Assembly: GCA_965222155.1 (NCBI GenBank)
Contig: CBDCTH010000012.1
Span: 1,088,001 to 1,152,000, forward strand
DNA length: 64,000 nt
Direction of reading: 5' to 3'
From: Gammaproteobacteria bacterium
GTDB lineage: Bacteria > Pseudomonadota > Gammaproteobacteria > Eutrophobiales > Eutrophobiaceae
A program made the position numbers and the translations under genes. Shown in pieces: positions 39,356 to 48,742 of this stretch (the first letter of the stretch is position 1; the number at the start of each line of letters is the position of its first letter). Under the pieces are notes generated by a model that was not told the DNA's origin, searched no databases, and saw nothing but the letters and a program-made list of their open reading frames with translations.

Positions 39356-41757
39356 TGAAATTTAATACCAGTCAGATTTTCCCTACTTTTGGTAATTTCC
39401 TGTTCAACAACAGAAAATTCGTACTGGTTGTGATCTTTTTGATTACCGCCATGTTTGCCTGGAATATACCCGCTGTACGCATGCTGTCTGATTTTGCCGA
39501 TCTGTTACCCCAGGAGCACCCCTATATACAGCTTCATAACAGCATCCGCGATACCTTCGGGGGCGCCAATATCATCGTTATGGCCATGGAAGTGGAGGAG
39601 GGTACGATATTCACCAATGATTCCCTGGACCGGGTTCACCGTATCACCCAGAAGCTGGACAGCGTGTCCAACATCAACCACAATCTGGTAAGCAGCCTGA
39701 CCCATCGCAATACCCGGAAAATCTTCCTGACACCGGACGGGACGATACGTTCACAGACCTATTACGATCCGCACCATGATGAATATACGGAAGAACAACT
39801 GGCGAAAATCCAGCGGGACGTGGTGGCCAGTACCAACGTATACGGCTTGCTGGTATCACCGGACATGAAGTCGGCGCTGATTAAGGGTACCCTGAATGAA
39901 GGCCAACTCGATTACGGCAAGGTATTCGATGAAATCCAGGCTATTCGGGCATCGGAAATTGCGCCCGGCGTAAAAATCCATGCAACCGGCCATCCTGTGC
40001 TGGTGGGTTGGGTGGATTCCTACAGTGGCGATATCCTGCTTATCTTTTTCTACACCATACTGATCGTCCTGGCGATCCTGATCTTCTATTCGCGCCGACT
40101 GTACGGCATCCTGTTACCGTTGGTAGGCATGGTATTGACCAGTATCTGGGGAGTGGGGTTCATGGGGGTGTTCGGTTATAACCTGGATCCGTTAATGCTG
40201 GTTGTACCGTTTCTTATCTCGGCCCGGTCCATGTCCCACGGTATCCAGAAGCTGGAGCGTTACTTTCTTGAACTGTCCCGCACCCATGAGAAGGTGTCGG
40301 CTGCCAGGAACACCTTTAATGCGCTGTTCAGACCCGGCGCGCTGGCGATCGTTGCGGACGCTTCGGCCCTGTACCTCATCGGGCTGGGGTCTGTGCCCAT
40401 CAATGACAAAATGGCCATTTACGCGTCTTTCTGGGCGGTATGTATGGTCGCCACGGTATTGATAGCGATCCCCATGCTGCTGGCGGAACTTCCCAGGCCG
40501 AAGGAAGTGGCCGTCAAGCATACCATGGCGCGGGTGATCTTTCCCAAGTTTGCCCGGGTCGTCGGGACCCCGGGACGCTCCAAAGCGGTGTTAATCACCT
40601 GTCTGGTTATTACCCTCTGCGCAACCTATTTCAGTTCCTGGGTGCAGATCGGCGAGCCGGAACCGGGTTCGCCGCTGCTCTACCGGGATCACGATTTCAA
40701 TATCTCATCTACGGCCATAAACGACCGCTTCCCGGGCGCCGAGGAATTGTTTATCATCGCCCGCGCCGATGAGAACGGCGGCTTGAAGAAACCTGAAATC
40801 ATGAAGGCCCTGGCGGACTTCCAGAACCACATGATGCTGGACCCGCATCTTGGCGGGGTAAAAGGGGTGAATAACCTGCTCACGCAGGTGAATCAAATGA
40901 CCCGCAACAACGACCCGCGCTGGGCGGTCATTCCCTCTATCGACCAGAATATCGGCGGTCTGTTGTTCATGTTCATGATGTCGGCGCCGACTCAGGGCGC
41001 ATTACAGGAATATATCGACACCGATGACCGGCTTGCCAATATGGTTTTTTACTATAAGGACCATACCGGTGAGACTATCCGCCGCGCCATTTACATGGCC
41101 AAGGAATGGATAGACAGCAAAGGCGCGCAGGTTGAAGGTTTGCATATTGACCTGGCCGGCGGGCCCGTCGGGGTGACCGCAGCAATTAATGAAGAGGCCT
41201 ATGATACCAACGTCATCGTCGTGCCGGCGGTGCTGATTCTTATCCTGTGTTTTACCCTGTGGTTTTACGGTTCGTTTCACTCCGGGTTCATGATGCTGGT
41301 ATCCATGACGTTCGCCACCACGCTGACTTATGCCTGTATGGGATTATTGAATATGGGGTTGAACGTCAATACGGTACCGATGATTGCCGTGGGGATCGGG
41401 CTGGGGGTGGATTACGCCATTTACATGATGGACCGGATCAAGGAGGAAATGCATGTGGCCGAGGATCTCCAGGACGCCATCCGGCGCGCGGTCACCACCA
41501 CCGGCGTCGCCATTGCCTTGACCGCCACGACACTGGTCGGCGGCATTATCATGTGGGTATTTATATCTGAACTGCGCTTCCAGGCAGATGCGGCGCGCCT
41601 CTTGATCATCATGCTGGTCATGAACATGGCGGCCGCCATGTTCCTGGTGCCGGCATGGGTGAACATCTTCAAGCCGAAATTCATTATGCAGGCGGCTGAA
41701 GAGCGCTGGGCAAAAGGGGAAGGTTCGACGATCGATGAAATTGAAGTTCTGGATTAA
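39355..41757 (+). CDS. RND/MMPL-family transporter
   Basis: Two TM bundles with large periplasmic loops; GIGLGVDYAIY; TAATG coupling to the YCF48 gene. Confidence 0.9.
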   Translation: MKFNTSQIFPTFGNFLFNNRKFVLVVIFLITAMFAWNIPAVRMLSDFADLLPQEHPYIQLHNSIRDTFGGANIIVMAMEVEEGTIFTNDSLDRVHRITQKLDSVSNINHNLVSSLTHRNTRKIFLTPDGTIRSQTYYDPHHDEYTEEQLAKIQRDVVASTNVYGLLVSPDMKSALIKGTLNEGQLDYGKVFDEIQAIRASEIAPGVKIHATGHPVLVGWVDSYSGDILLIFFYTILIVLAILIFYSRRLYGILLPLVGMVLTSIWGVGFMGVFGYNLDPLMLVVPFLISARSMSHGIQKLERYFLELSRTHEKVSAARNTFNALFRPGALAIVADASALYLIGLGSVPINDKMAIYASFWAVCMVATVLIAIPMLLAELPRPKEVAVKHTMARVIFPKFARVVGTPGRSKAVLITCLVITLCATYFSSWVQIGEPEPGSPLLYRDHDFNISSTAINDRFPGAEELFIIARADENGGLKKPEIMKALADFQNHMMLDPHLGGVKGVNNLLTQVNQMTRNNDPRWAVIPSIDQNIGGLLFMFMMSAPTQGALQEYIDTDDRLANMVFYYKDHTGETIRRAIYMAKEWIDSKGAQVEGLHIDLAGGPVGVTAAINEEAYDTNVIVVPAVLILILCFTLWFYGSFHSGFMMLVSMTFATTLTYACMGLLNMGLNVNTVPMIAVGIGLGVDYAIYMMDRIKEEMHVAEDLQDAIRRAVTTTGVAIALTATTLVGGIIMWVFISELRFQADAARLLIIMLVMNMAAAMFLVPAWVNIFKPKFIMQAAEERWAKGEGSTIDEIEVLD

Positions 41758-41827
41758 CGGAACTATAATTTCATTATATATGTGACAAATAAAGATAGCG
41801 CCCGCTAAAAAAAACGTTACAATACCG

Positions 41828-41841
41828 AAATATCGATATTT
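41828..41841. promoter_or_regulatory. Perfect palindrome AAATATCGATATTT, candidate GntR operator
   Basis: Same core as the 31167/31185 boxes; ~45 bp upstream of the DUF1302 start. Confidence 0.5.
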
Positions 41842-41885
41842 TCCAGTATAGATTCTAATCAAGTCAGCATAGCTTAGGGGGATAA

Positions 41886-44090
41886 ATGATGAATATCCGC
41901 AGGTTCAATCTCACCTTGTTATCAGGTGTCTTCGCATGCGCCCTGGTCATCCTGCCGGCACAAGTGAGCGGCTGGAATTCCAGAGACGGCACCCTGGAGT
42001 TACATGGCTTTCTTGATAATACCTATCACAACCGTGACGGTTATGGCATAACCAAGGAACGCGTGCGTGGTCAAATCGAGTGGTCCAAGATATTCAAACC
42101 CACAGGCCTGTTCTCCGAGCTCTCCTTTCATGGGACCTTGCGGGCGACCTATGACGGCGTGTATGACCTGAACGATGATACATTCGGTAAACGGTCGGGT
42201 GGTCCGGTCAGTACCATAAGCTCCGGTAAGGCGGTTAACATCAACAGCTTCCTTTCCTTAGTCCCCAATCCACAACCCGGTCCGCCTGCTGTGATTCCGA
42301 ATAGCGCCATCCCCTCACTTCCATCCACGGCATATCCTTGGGGGAATTCTCCGGTAACTGCAGGTACACCTGCGCTACCTGGCGGTGGCGGCTTTGGGTT
42401 TGATACCGTGGCTAATCCCAATGAAGGTCTGAAGAGGGTAGGTAGTGAACTTGCCTCTACCAACAATAACGGTGAGTTCGGTGGTGGTCTGGAATTCTTT
42501 ACCCCGACACGGCCCTGCAACGTGGATTCCCGCGGCTGCATTCCCGGTTATATGGATGCGAGCCTGGACGACCTGCGCTTTCCCGAGTTCACCGATGACC
42601 ATGGCTGGCTGCGGGAGATTTACATTGACGCTACCATGCCGGTCAATAACGGCGACGAGATCAACTTTCGTATAGGCCGCCAACAGGTGGTCTGGGGTCG
42701 GACCGATTTGTTCCGCGTTCTGGACCAGGTCAACCCCATCGATTTCTCCATCCAGAGTATTTATGAAGAATTCGAAGATAGTCGTATTCCCGTAGGCATC
42801 TTTTCCGCTGAGTACCGCGCCGGCGCGGTGGGTGCTTTCGATGACCTGAACCTGCAACTGCTCTGGAACTTCGAGAAATTTCGGCCGAACACGTTGGGAC
42901 AGGGTGGTCAACCCTATAATATTTTGCTGGCCGGCGACCTGTTTCGGGCATTGAAAAACTGTTGGGACAATGGTTGTACCATCAATAATTTTGCCACCGG
43001 TCTTTCTTTTGAGGGCAACCTGGCTACAGATTTTCCTGCTCACGTCGTCGGTATCCGGGATATCCACTTGCCGGGCTGGGACTTCGACCAGGGCGGCGTG
43101 CGGCTTGAAGGTGTGTTCAAAGGCGTGGGATTCTCAATCAATGCCATGACGTTTTACTCGCAATTACCGGCGTTAAGAGGGGGAATAGAGGGTGCGAATC
43201 CGTTTGTGGGTAATACATTACCTGAACCGGTATGTGATTTTCTTGTAAATACTGCATTTACGGGGCCGGCGCAACCGGATAATCCTTTCTTGTGTGGGCT
43301 GAGCGCTAATCCCTTTGATCCTACTGATGCTCCGGGCCTGGAGCGGGTACGACCCTACGTGCCGGCATTTGATATTCATTTTCCGCGAGTTACTCTGGTA
43401 GGCGCATCGGCCGACTTTTACGTGGATCCGCTCAAATCAGCGATCCGGATGGAAGTGGCCCATACCAGTGGAGAGGAGTTTGCCGATACGTTGACATCCG
43501 ACCTGAATACTGAATCTGATGTAGTCCGCTGGGTGATAGGTGTGGACCGTCCCACCTATATTCGTTGGTTGAACCCGAACCGGACGTTCCTGCTGTCAGC
43601 ACAGATGTTCGGCCAGCATATCCTCGATCATAAATCAATCAGTCACCCGTTGACCGGGGGACAGATAGGATTCCAGGACTGGAAGAACGGTTATATCGGC
43701 ACCTTCCTGTTCCAGGGTTTTTATGCTAACGATCGTATTCTGCCAAGGTTGATTTTGGCCCGAGACTTCCGCGCGAAAGCGACTGTATTGGGTCCGGCGG
43801 TGGATTATCTCATCAACGATAACCTGCGCCTGATCTTCGGCGCCAATATCAAACTGGGAAGCGGTCCCCGGGTAGCCGATGACGGTCGCACATCCAACTC
43901 CTATCCGCCATTCACAGCCGGTCCGGCTTGCCATCCGCCGGACAGTGTCGCTCCCTGTGTGCCAGGTAATGAATATTCAAGTTTGGGGATACGTAGAGGT
44001 TTCGAACCACTGGGTCGCTTCCGCTCCGGACCCCTCGGCATGGCGCAGCATGAAGATGAGTTTCAAATACTAATCCGCTATCGCTTCTAA
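41886..44090 (+). CDS. DUF1302-family outer-membrane beta-barrel protein
   Basis: Signal peptide; LREIYID..RIGRQQVVWGRTDLFRVLD.VNP.D; C-terminal IRYRF; typical context. Confidence 0.85.
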   Translation: MMNIRRFNLTLLSGVFACALVILPAQVSGWNSRDGTLELHGFLDNTYHNRDGYGITKERVRGQIEWSKIFKPTGLFSELSFHGTLRATYDGVYDLNDDTFGKRSGGPVSTISSGKAVNINSFLSLVPNPQPGPPAVIPNSAIPSLPSTAYPWGNSPVTAGTPALPGGGGFGFDTVANPNEGLKRVGSELASTNNNGEFGGGLEFFTPTRPCNVDSRGCIPGYMDASLDDLRFPEFTDDHGWLREIYIDATMPVNNGDEINFRIGRQQVVWGRTDLFRVLDQVNPIDFSIQSIYEEFEDSRIPVGIFSAEYRAGAVGAFDDLNLQLLWNFEKFRPNTLGQGGQPYNILLAGDLFRALKNCWDNGCTINNFATGLSFEGNLATDFPAHVVGIRDIHLPGWDFDQGGVRLEGVFKGVGFSINAMTFYSQLPALRGGIEGANPFVGNTLPEPVCDFLVNTAFTGPAQPDNPFLCGLSANPFDPTDAPGLERVRPYVPAFDIHFPRVTLVGASADFYVDPLKSAIRMEVAHTSGEEFADTLTSDLNTESDVVRWVIGVDRPTYIRWLNPNRTFLLSAQMFGQHILDHKSISHPLTGGQIGFQDWKNGYIGTFLFQGFYANDRILPRLILARDFRAKATVLGPAVDYLINDNLRLIFGANIKLGSGPRVADDGRTSNSYPPFTAGPACHPPDSVAPCVPGNEYSSLGIRRGFEPLGRFRSGPLGMAQHEDEFQILIRYRF

Positions 44091-44120
44091 AAATATACAA
44101 GAGACGGAGGCTTAAGAATC

Positions 44121-45428
44121 ATGATTAAGTATGTCAAGTATCTCGTTATACTACCGCTGTTTGCCCTGAGTCTGGGTGTTTCGGCAGAATTTACAGAAGA
44201 AGATGTAAGAAATTCATTCTATCCTTATGAAAACTGGACACCGGAATTTCCGGGTTACACCCCCGGAATGGTGATCGACCAAAGCAACGTGGAGCAGTTC
44301 AAGGATATTCTCGACCCGGCATTGTATGACCACATCATAAAAGGTCAGACCGCGTTGCAGACCAAGGTGACGGAATCCCTGGAACTGCACCCGGGCTATA
44401 TCAATGCGACGCTGGAAGCCGTGAAAAATCCACCGTCGCTCAGCGCTGACGGTCTGGTGGATAATTTTGTCGCAGGCAGGGCATTCCCTGCCGAACCGGA
44501 TGTCAATGACCCCCAGGCCGGCCGCAAACTCGCCTGGAATTACCAGTACGGCTATAACTGGGGTGACAATGCAGCGATTTCCCCGTTTTACTGGAAGTTC
44601 AGGAATGCCAAGTCGGGGAAACTGGAACGCACCATCAAGTGGAGCTTCCACTTCCTGAACTGGAAACACCGAGTCAACCAGGACCCGGTCCCGGAGTTCA
44701 CGGATAATCCGGCCCAGTTGTTCCGTTCCGTTTACGTCAAGGCACTGGAACCGTTTGATATCGCCAATACGCAACTCCTTATTCACCGCTATAAAAACGA
44801 CCTGAAGCGGGATGATGCCTGGTTGTACCTGGGCTTCCAGCGGCGAGTGCGGCGTCTGGCAACGGGTCAGACAACGGATTCTTTCCTGGGTACGGATATC
44901 ATGATCGAGGATTTTGAAGGTTACAACAACCGCGTGTCCGACTATGACTGGACCTATATCGGCAGCAAGAACGCATTTCTGCCGTTCCATAATCATAATG
45001 AGTTGGCCCTGGCCACCGACATGCCGCCGGAACCTGATGGTTACCAGTTCGTAGACGTGGAGGGTTGTTTTCCCAAGACCACCTGGGAACTGCGTAAAAT
45101 TTATGAGCTGCATGGATCGGCCAAGGACCCGAACCACCCGTTGAGTCGGCGCGTGATGTATCTCGACGCGCAGACGTTTACCATACCCCGCCAGGCGGAG
45201 TTCGATCGCAAGGGAGACCTGTGGAAATCATTCTCCATCTGCCAGGCCTATCCTGACAATCACATGCCCAATAACGTAGGCTCCGGCGTGGCCATTGATG
45301 ACTGTTTCATGATGTATGATGTGCAGGCCCAGCACTGCACCACCGGTCAGTTCAAGGGCCAGCTTGATCCGACATTGAACCCACCGCAGATGTTCACGGT
45401 GCAGAACCTGCGCAAGAGCGGAAGGTAG
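44121..45428 (+). CDS. DUF1329-family periplasmic protein (LolA-like fold family)
   Basis: Signal peptide; AGRAFP..P..AGRKLAWN; AWLYLGFQRRVRRL; D.FLGTD..IEDF.GYN. Confidence 0.88.
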   Translation: MIKYVKYLVILPLFALSLGVSAEFTEEDVRNSFYPYENWTPEFPGYTPGMVIDQSNVEQFKDILDPALYDHIIKGQTALQTKVTESLELHPGYINATLEAVKNPPSLSADGLVDNFVAGRAFPAEPDVNDPQAGRKLAWNYQYGYNWGDNAAISPFYWKFRNAKSGKLERTIKWSFHFLNWKHRVNQDPVPEFTDNPAQLFRSVYVKALEPFDIANTQLLIHRYKNDLKRDDAWLYLGFQRRVRRLATGQTTDSFLGTDIMIEDFEGYNNRVSDYDWTYIGSKNAFLPFHNHNELALATDMPPEPDGYQFVDVEGCFPKTTWELRKIYELHGSAKDPNHPLSRRVMYLDAQTFTIPRQAEFDRKGDLWKSFSICQAYPDNHMPNNVGSGVAIDDCFMMYDVQAQHCTTGQFKGQLDPTLNPPQMFTVQNLRKSGR

Positions 45429-45456
45429 AGCAAGCAAACAACACTTGCTTTTGATA

Positions 45457-45698
45457 GCCACAGAGGACACAGAGAGCACAGAGAGCACAGAGAGCATAGG
45501 GATTGATCCCTGCCATTCTCGTCATTCTGGCGCATGCCAGAATCCAGTCGATAAGATAATTCCTTATAAAGGAAGGGTTGTCCGACTGGATACCAGGCCT
45601 GCCCTGGCATGTTGTAAGGCAGGAGCCTGCCCTGGCATGTTGTAAGGCAGGGTCAAGCCCGGAATGACGGATCGACTTTTCTCTGTGCCCTCTGTGGC
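45457..45698. repeat. Nested composite repeat with two tandem CATGTTGTAA hairpins inside a family A arm
   Basis: Outer GCCACAGAG.../CTCTGTGGC; family A arms at 45521 and ~45585-45667; inserts at 45598-45623 and 45626-45651. Confidence 0.85.
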
Positions 45699-45718
45699 AA
45701 ACGTAAGGAGCGGGACGG

Positions 45719-46312
45719 ATGACTGAGCGTGTTGATTTAAAGTTTTTTTTCAATTTCCGCAGTCCCTACTGTTATCTCGCCAGCAAAACGATGTTCAGTC
45801 TGGTGGATGATTATCATGTAAATTTCGTCTGGCGCCCACTGGCAGGGTGGAATGGCCGTTCAGCCCCGGAACGGGCCAAAGTCAAGATACCCATTACCCG
45901 GCAGGACGTGGCCCGCTGGGCGAAGCGGATGAATATTCCCTGTATTCCCCCTCCCATTACCACTGACCCGACACCGGCAGGTATCGGCTCCTTACTGGCC
46001 GAAGAGAAAGGTTGTTTGCGGGAATATATCATCAAAGTGACGGACACCGAATGGGGGCAGGGAGTGGATATCGGCCAGCCCGATACACTGATCGGATTAG
46101 CCAGGGAAGTGGGGCTTGATCCTGTTGAGTTTGAGACGGTATTAAACGACCCGGACAAACAAAAAATTCTGGAAGACAACTGGCAGGAGGCCCAGGAAGC
46201 CGGAGTAATCGGCGTGCCGACGTTTGTCATAGACGACCAGGTATTCTGGGGTAATGACCGGATTGATTTCGTCCATGAGCACCTTCGTGATCTGGGACTG
46301 CAAAAAACATAA
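45719..46312 (+). CDS. 2-hydroxychromene-2-carboxylate isomerase-like (DsbA/kappa-GST) protein
   Basis: FFFNFRSPYCYL, D.ARWA, GVIGVPTFVID..FWGNDR. Confidence 0.85.
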   Translation: MTERVDLKFFFNFRSPYCYLASKTMFSLVDDYHVNFVWRPLAGWNGRSAPERAKVKIPITRQDVARWAKRMNIPCIPPPITTDPTPAGIGSLLAEEKGCLREYIIKVTDTEWGQGVDIGQPDTLIGLAREVGLDPVEFETVLNDPDKQKILEDNWQEAQEAGVIGVPTFVIDDQVFWGNDRIDFVHEHLRDLGLQKT

Positions 46313-46359
46313 TCCAGGGACACGAGCCGGATTTGAATATTTGGTTAGTAATTTCCGAA

Positions 46360-46461
46360 AGGTTGGGATAGCATTTTCAAGACCGTCGCCAGCCAGGGAG
46401 GGCTGGCGATGAGCGTACATGGATGTATTCACAGCGTGTCTTGAAAATGCTATCCCAACCT
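46360..46461. mobile_element. 102 bp MITE/REPIN-like element with perfect 24 bp terminal inverted repeats
   Basis: AGGTTGGGATAGCATTTTCAAGAC / GTCTTGAAAATGCTATCCCAACCT flanking an internal hairpin; no ORF. Confidence 0.6.
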
Positions 46462-46491
46462 GTCAACCATCTATATTAAACGTGGATTAAT

Positions 46492-48741
46492 ATGCGACTT
46501 TTTTCTCATAAAAACCGGGCAATGCATCTTGGCCCTTTTGCCCTTGAAAGGCTCGCCAGGAGGGATTCAGGACCTGACTATCCAGTCCTCGGGGAACAAC
46601 GCCCTCTGGAAACGACTACGCCGGACAACCCCGTATCCATGGCTAATGCGTTCCGCGATTATATCGACCTGTTCGACCGGATGCGCCTGGGTGATCCTGC
46701 TCCCAGACAGGCGCCGATCCCGTCCGACCCACAGGCGCGCGCAGACCACCTGAAAGCCGCGTGTTATAACCTGGACGTCAGTATGGCGGCAACCTGCGCC
46801 ATACCCGAACAGGCGCTGCTGGCAGAGCCCATCATTAATGAATCCCTGGCGCAGGCGCAGGAAAAAGAATACCTGGCCGGTTCTGCCGCCAATGTCGTGG
46901 CAGAGACCAGCGTCAAGGAAGGCCGGAAGGCATGGCAGCGCTCCCTGGAGGACGCGGCTAAGGAGTTCAAGCATGGTTACGCGCTGGTTTTACTGGTGGA
47001 ATACACCAGGGAACCGGATCCCGATGTTGAGAGTGAAGCCTGGCTGGTTGGAACGCAAGCACAACGGGCCGCGGTCAGGGCCTCTGAAGCGGCTGCCGTC
47101 ATGGTGAATTACATCCGATTTCTGGGTTTTGAAGCAAGATTACATACGCCGACGGCAAGCGATTTTGATCTCGATTACCTGTTACTCTGCAGTGGCCTGG
47201 GTGAGGTCAACGGCAGCAACGGCAACAGCACTGTCAGCAATCCCTACCTGGGCGATCAATTCGGCCTGGCCGTGATTTCAACGACCATGGAGCTTGCAGC
47301 AGATAAGCCGTTGGCTGAAAGGGGGCCAATGGCATCCTTGAAATCCCATGGTCCGGGCTGGTGGCTGGGCCTGGGTGGCGCGCGACCGGGTTACAAGGGT
47401 CGGCTGTACAAAAACAGGCCGTTTTACCTGGGACCTTACCCTATGGAAAAATTGAAGCCTCAGGAAACCACCACCACCCTGATTGACGCACCGAATGTGC
47501 CGCGTATCCCCAAGCGGCATGATATGTTCCTCAGGGCGGCAATGGGCGACCTGGGGGAAAAGCCGCAAAAGGAATTGGAAAACTTTCGCATGATCACCAA
47601 GTCGCCCTACGGCCACGCCATGGTGCCGCCGTTGGGCGCAATGGTCCCGCTCCAGTACGGCAAGGAGGCGGACCGGATCATGGAAGGGACTGACGATCCG
47701 AAAAAAAACGCTGAGGCGGTAAAAGCCGCCCTGTATTACCTGGGCGCGGATATGGTGGGTATCTGTAAGTTACCGGACTATGCCTGGTATTCCCATGATC
47801 TGGATGGAGCGGAGATAAAGCCGTACCACAAATACGGGATCGCCATCCTGGTGGACCAGGGGTACGAAACCATGGAAGGGGCCAGCGGTGATGACTGGAT
47901 CAGCGGTGCGCAAAGTATGCGCGCTTACCTGCGCGCGCAACTGATTGGGGGCATTGTCGGCAGCCATATTCGTTCCCTGGGTTACTCTGCCCGTGGCCAC
48001 AGCGTGATGGACCAGGACGTGCTGCATATACCGATTATACTGGGAGCCGGTCTGGGCGAGTTGAGCCGGATTGGTGAACTGGTATTAAACCCCTACGTAG
48101 GGCCGCGCTTTAAATCGGGCATCATCACGACCGACCTGCCGTTGTTGCCGGATAAGCCCATAGATTTCGGATTGCAGGATTTTTGTGAGAAATGCACCAA
48201 GTGCGCCAGGGAATGTCCGTGCCAGGCGATCCCTTACGGTGACAAGATCATGTTCAACGGCTATGAAATGTGGAAGCCGGACGTGGAAAAGTGTGCCCGC
48301 TACCGTATCACCAACTCCGCCGGCGCGTTGTGCGGCCGTTGCATGAAAACCTGCCCCTGGAATATTGAAGGGGTATTGGCCGAGAGGCCTTTCCTGTGGG
48401 CAGCCATGAACCTGCCTTTTACCCGGAAGTGGATCGCCAGACTGGATGACATAGTCGGCAACGGTTTGATCAATCCGGTGAAAAAATGGTGGTGGGACCT
48501 GGATTCGGACGAGCAAGGCAATATTATCCCGGCCAGGCGAACCAACAGACGCCAGTTTTCGACACGCACGAATATGGATCCGGAAAAGCAAACCATGGGT
48601 TGTTATCCGGCAGATATAGCAGCGCCGCCGGTCGCGGAAAAACCAGTTATCCTGCACAGGAAGATAGCCGTACAGAGATACAAGAGCGCAGAGAGCCCGG
48701 ACGAATACAAGGCCCGAAAAATGATGAAAGAGGTTGGCTGA
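46492..48741 (+). CDS. rdhA: Catabolic-type (soluble, TAT-less) cobalamin-dependent reductive dehalogenase
   Basis: Duplicated HLGP(F/Y).(L/M)E.L units; GADMVGIC; SMRAY; AGLGELSRIGE..LNPY.GPRFKS; Fe-S motifs FCEKCTKCARECP and C...CGRCMKTCPW; KKWWWDL. No twin-arginine leader and no fused reductase. Confidence 0.92.
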   Translation: MRLFSHKNRAMHLGPFALERLARRDSGPDYPVLGEQRPLETTTPDNPVSMANAFRDYIDLFDRMRLGDPAPRQAPIPSDPQARADHLKAACYNLDVSMAATCAIPEQALLAEPIINESLAQAQEKEYLAGSAANVVAETSVKEGRKAWQRSLEDAAKEFKHGYALVLLVEYTREPDPDVESEAWLVGTQAQRAAVRASEAAAVMVNYIRFLGFEARLHTPTASDFDLDYLLLCSGLGEVNGSNGNSTVSNPYLGDQFGLAVISTTMELAADKPLAERGPMASLKSHGPGWWLGLGGARPGYKGRLYKNRPFYLGPYPMEKLKPQETTTTLIDAPNVPRIPKRHDMFLRAAMGDLGEKPQKELENFRMITKSPYGHAMVPPLGAMVPLQYGKEADRIMEGTDDPKKNAEAVKAALYYLGADMVGICKLPDYAWYSHDLDGAEIKPYHKYGIAILVDQGYETMEGASGDDWISGAQSMRAYLRAQLIGGIVGSHIRSLGYSARGHSVMDQDVLHIPIILGAGLGELSRIGELVLNPYVGPRFKSGIITTDLPLLPDKPIDFGLQDFCEKCTKCARECPCQAIPYGDKIMFNGYEMWKPDVEKCARYRITNSAGALCGRCMKTCPWNIEGVLAERPFLWAAMNLPFTRKWIARLDDIVGNGLINPVKKWWWDLDSDEQGNIIPARRTNRRQFSTRTNMDPEKQTMGCYPADIAAPPVAEKPVILHRKIAVQRYKSAESPDEYKARKMMKEVG

Positions 48742-48742
48742 T

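Noticed and set aside
46492-48741. Respiratory RDase or QueG epoxyqueuosine reductase
   Set aside because: No TAT signal or rdhB anchor; the size, duplicated N-terminal domain and oxygenase context fit the catabolic RDase type, and it is about twice the length of QueG.
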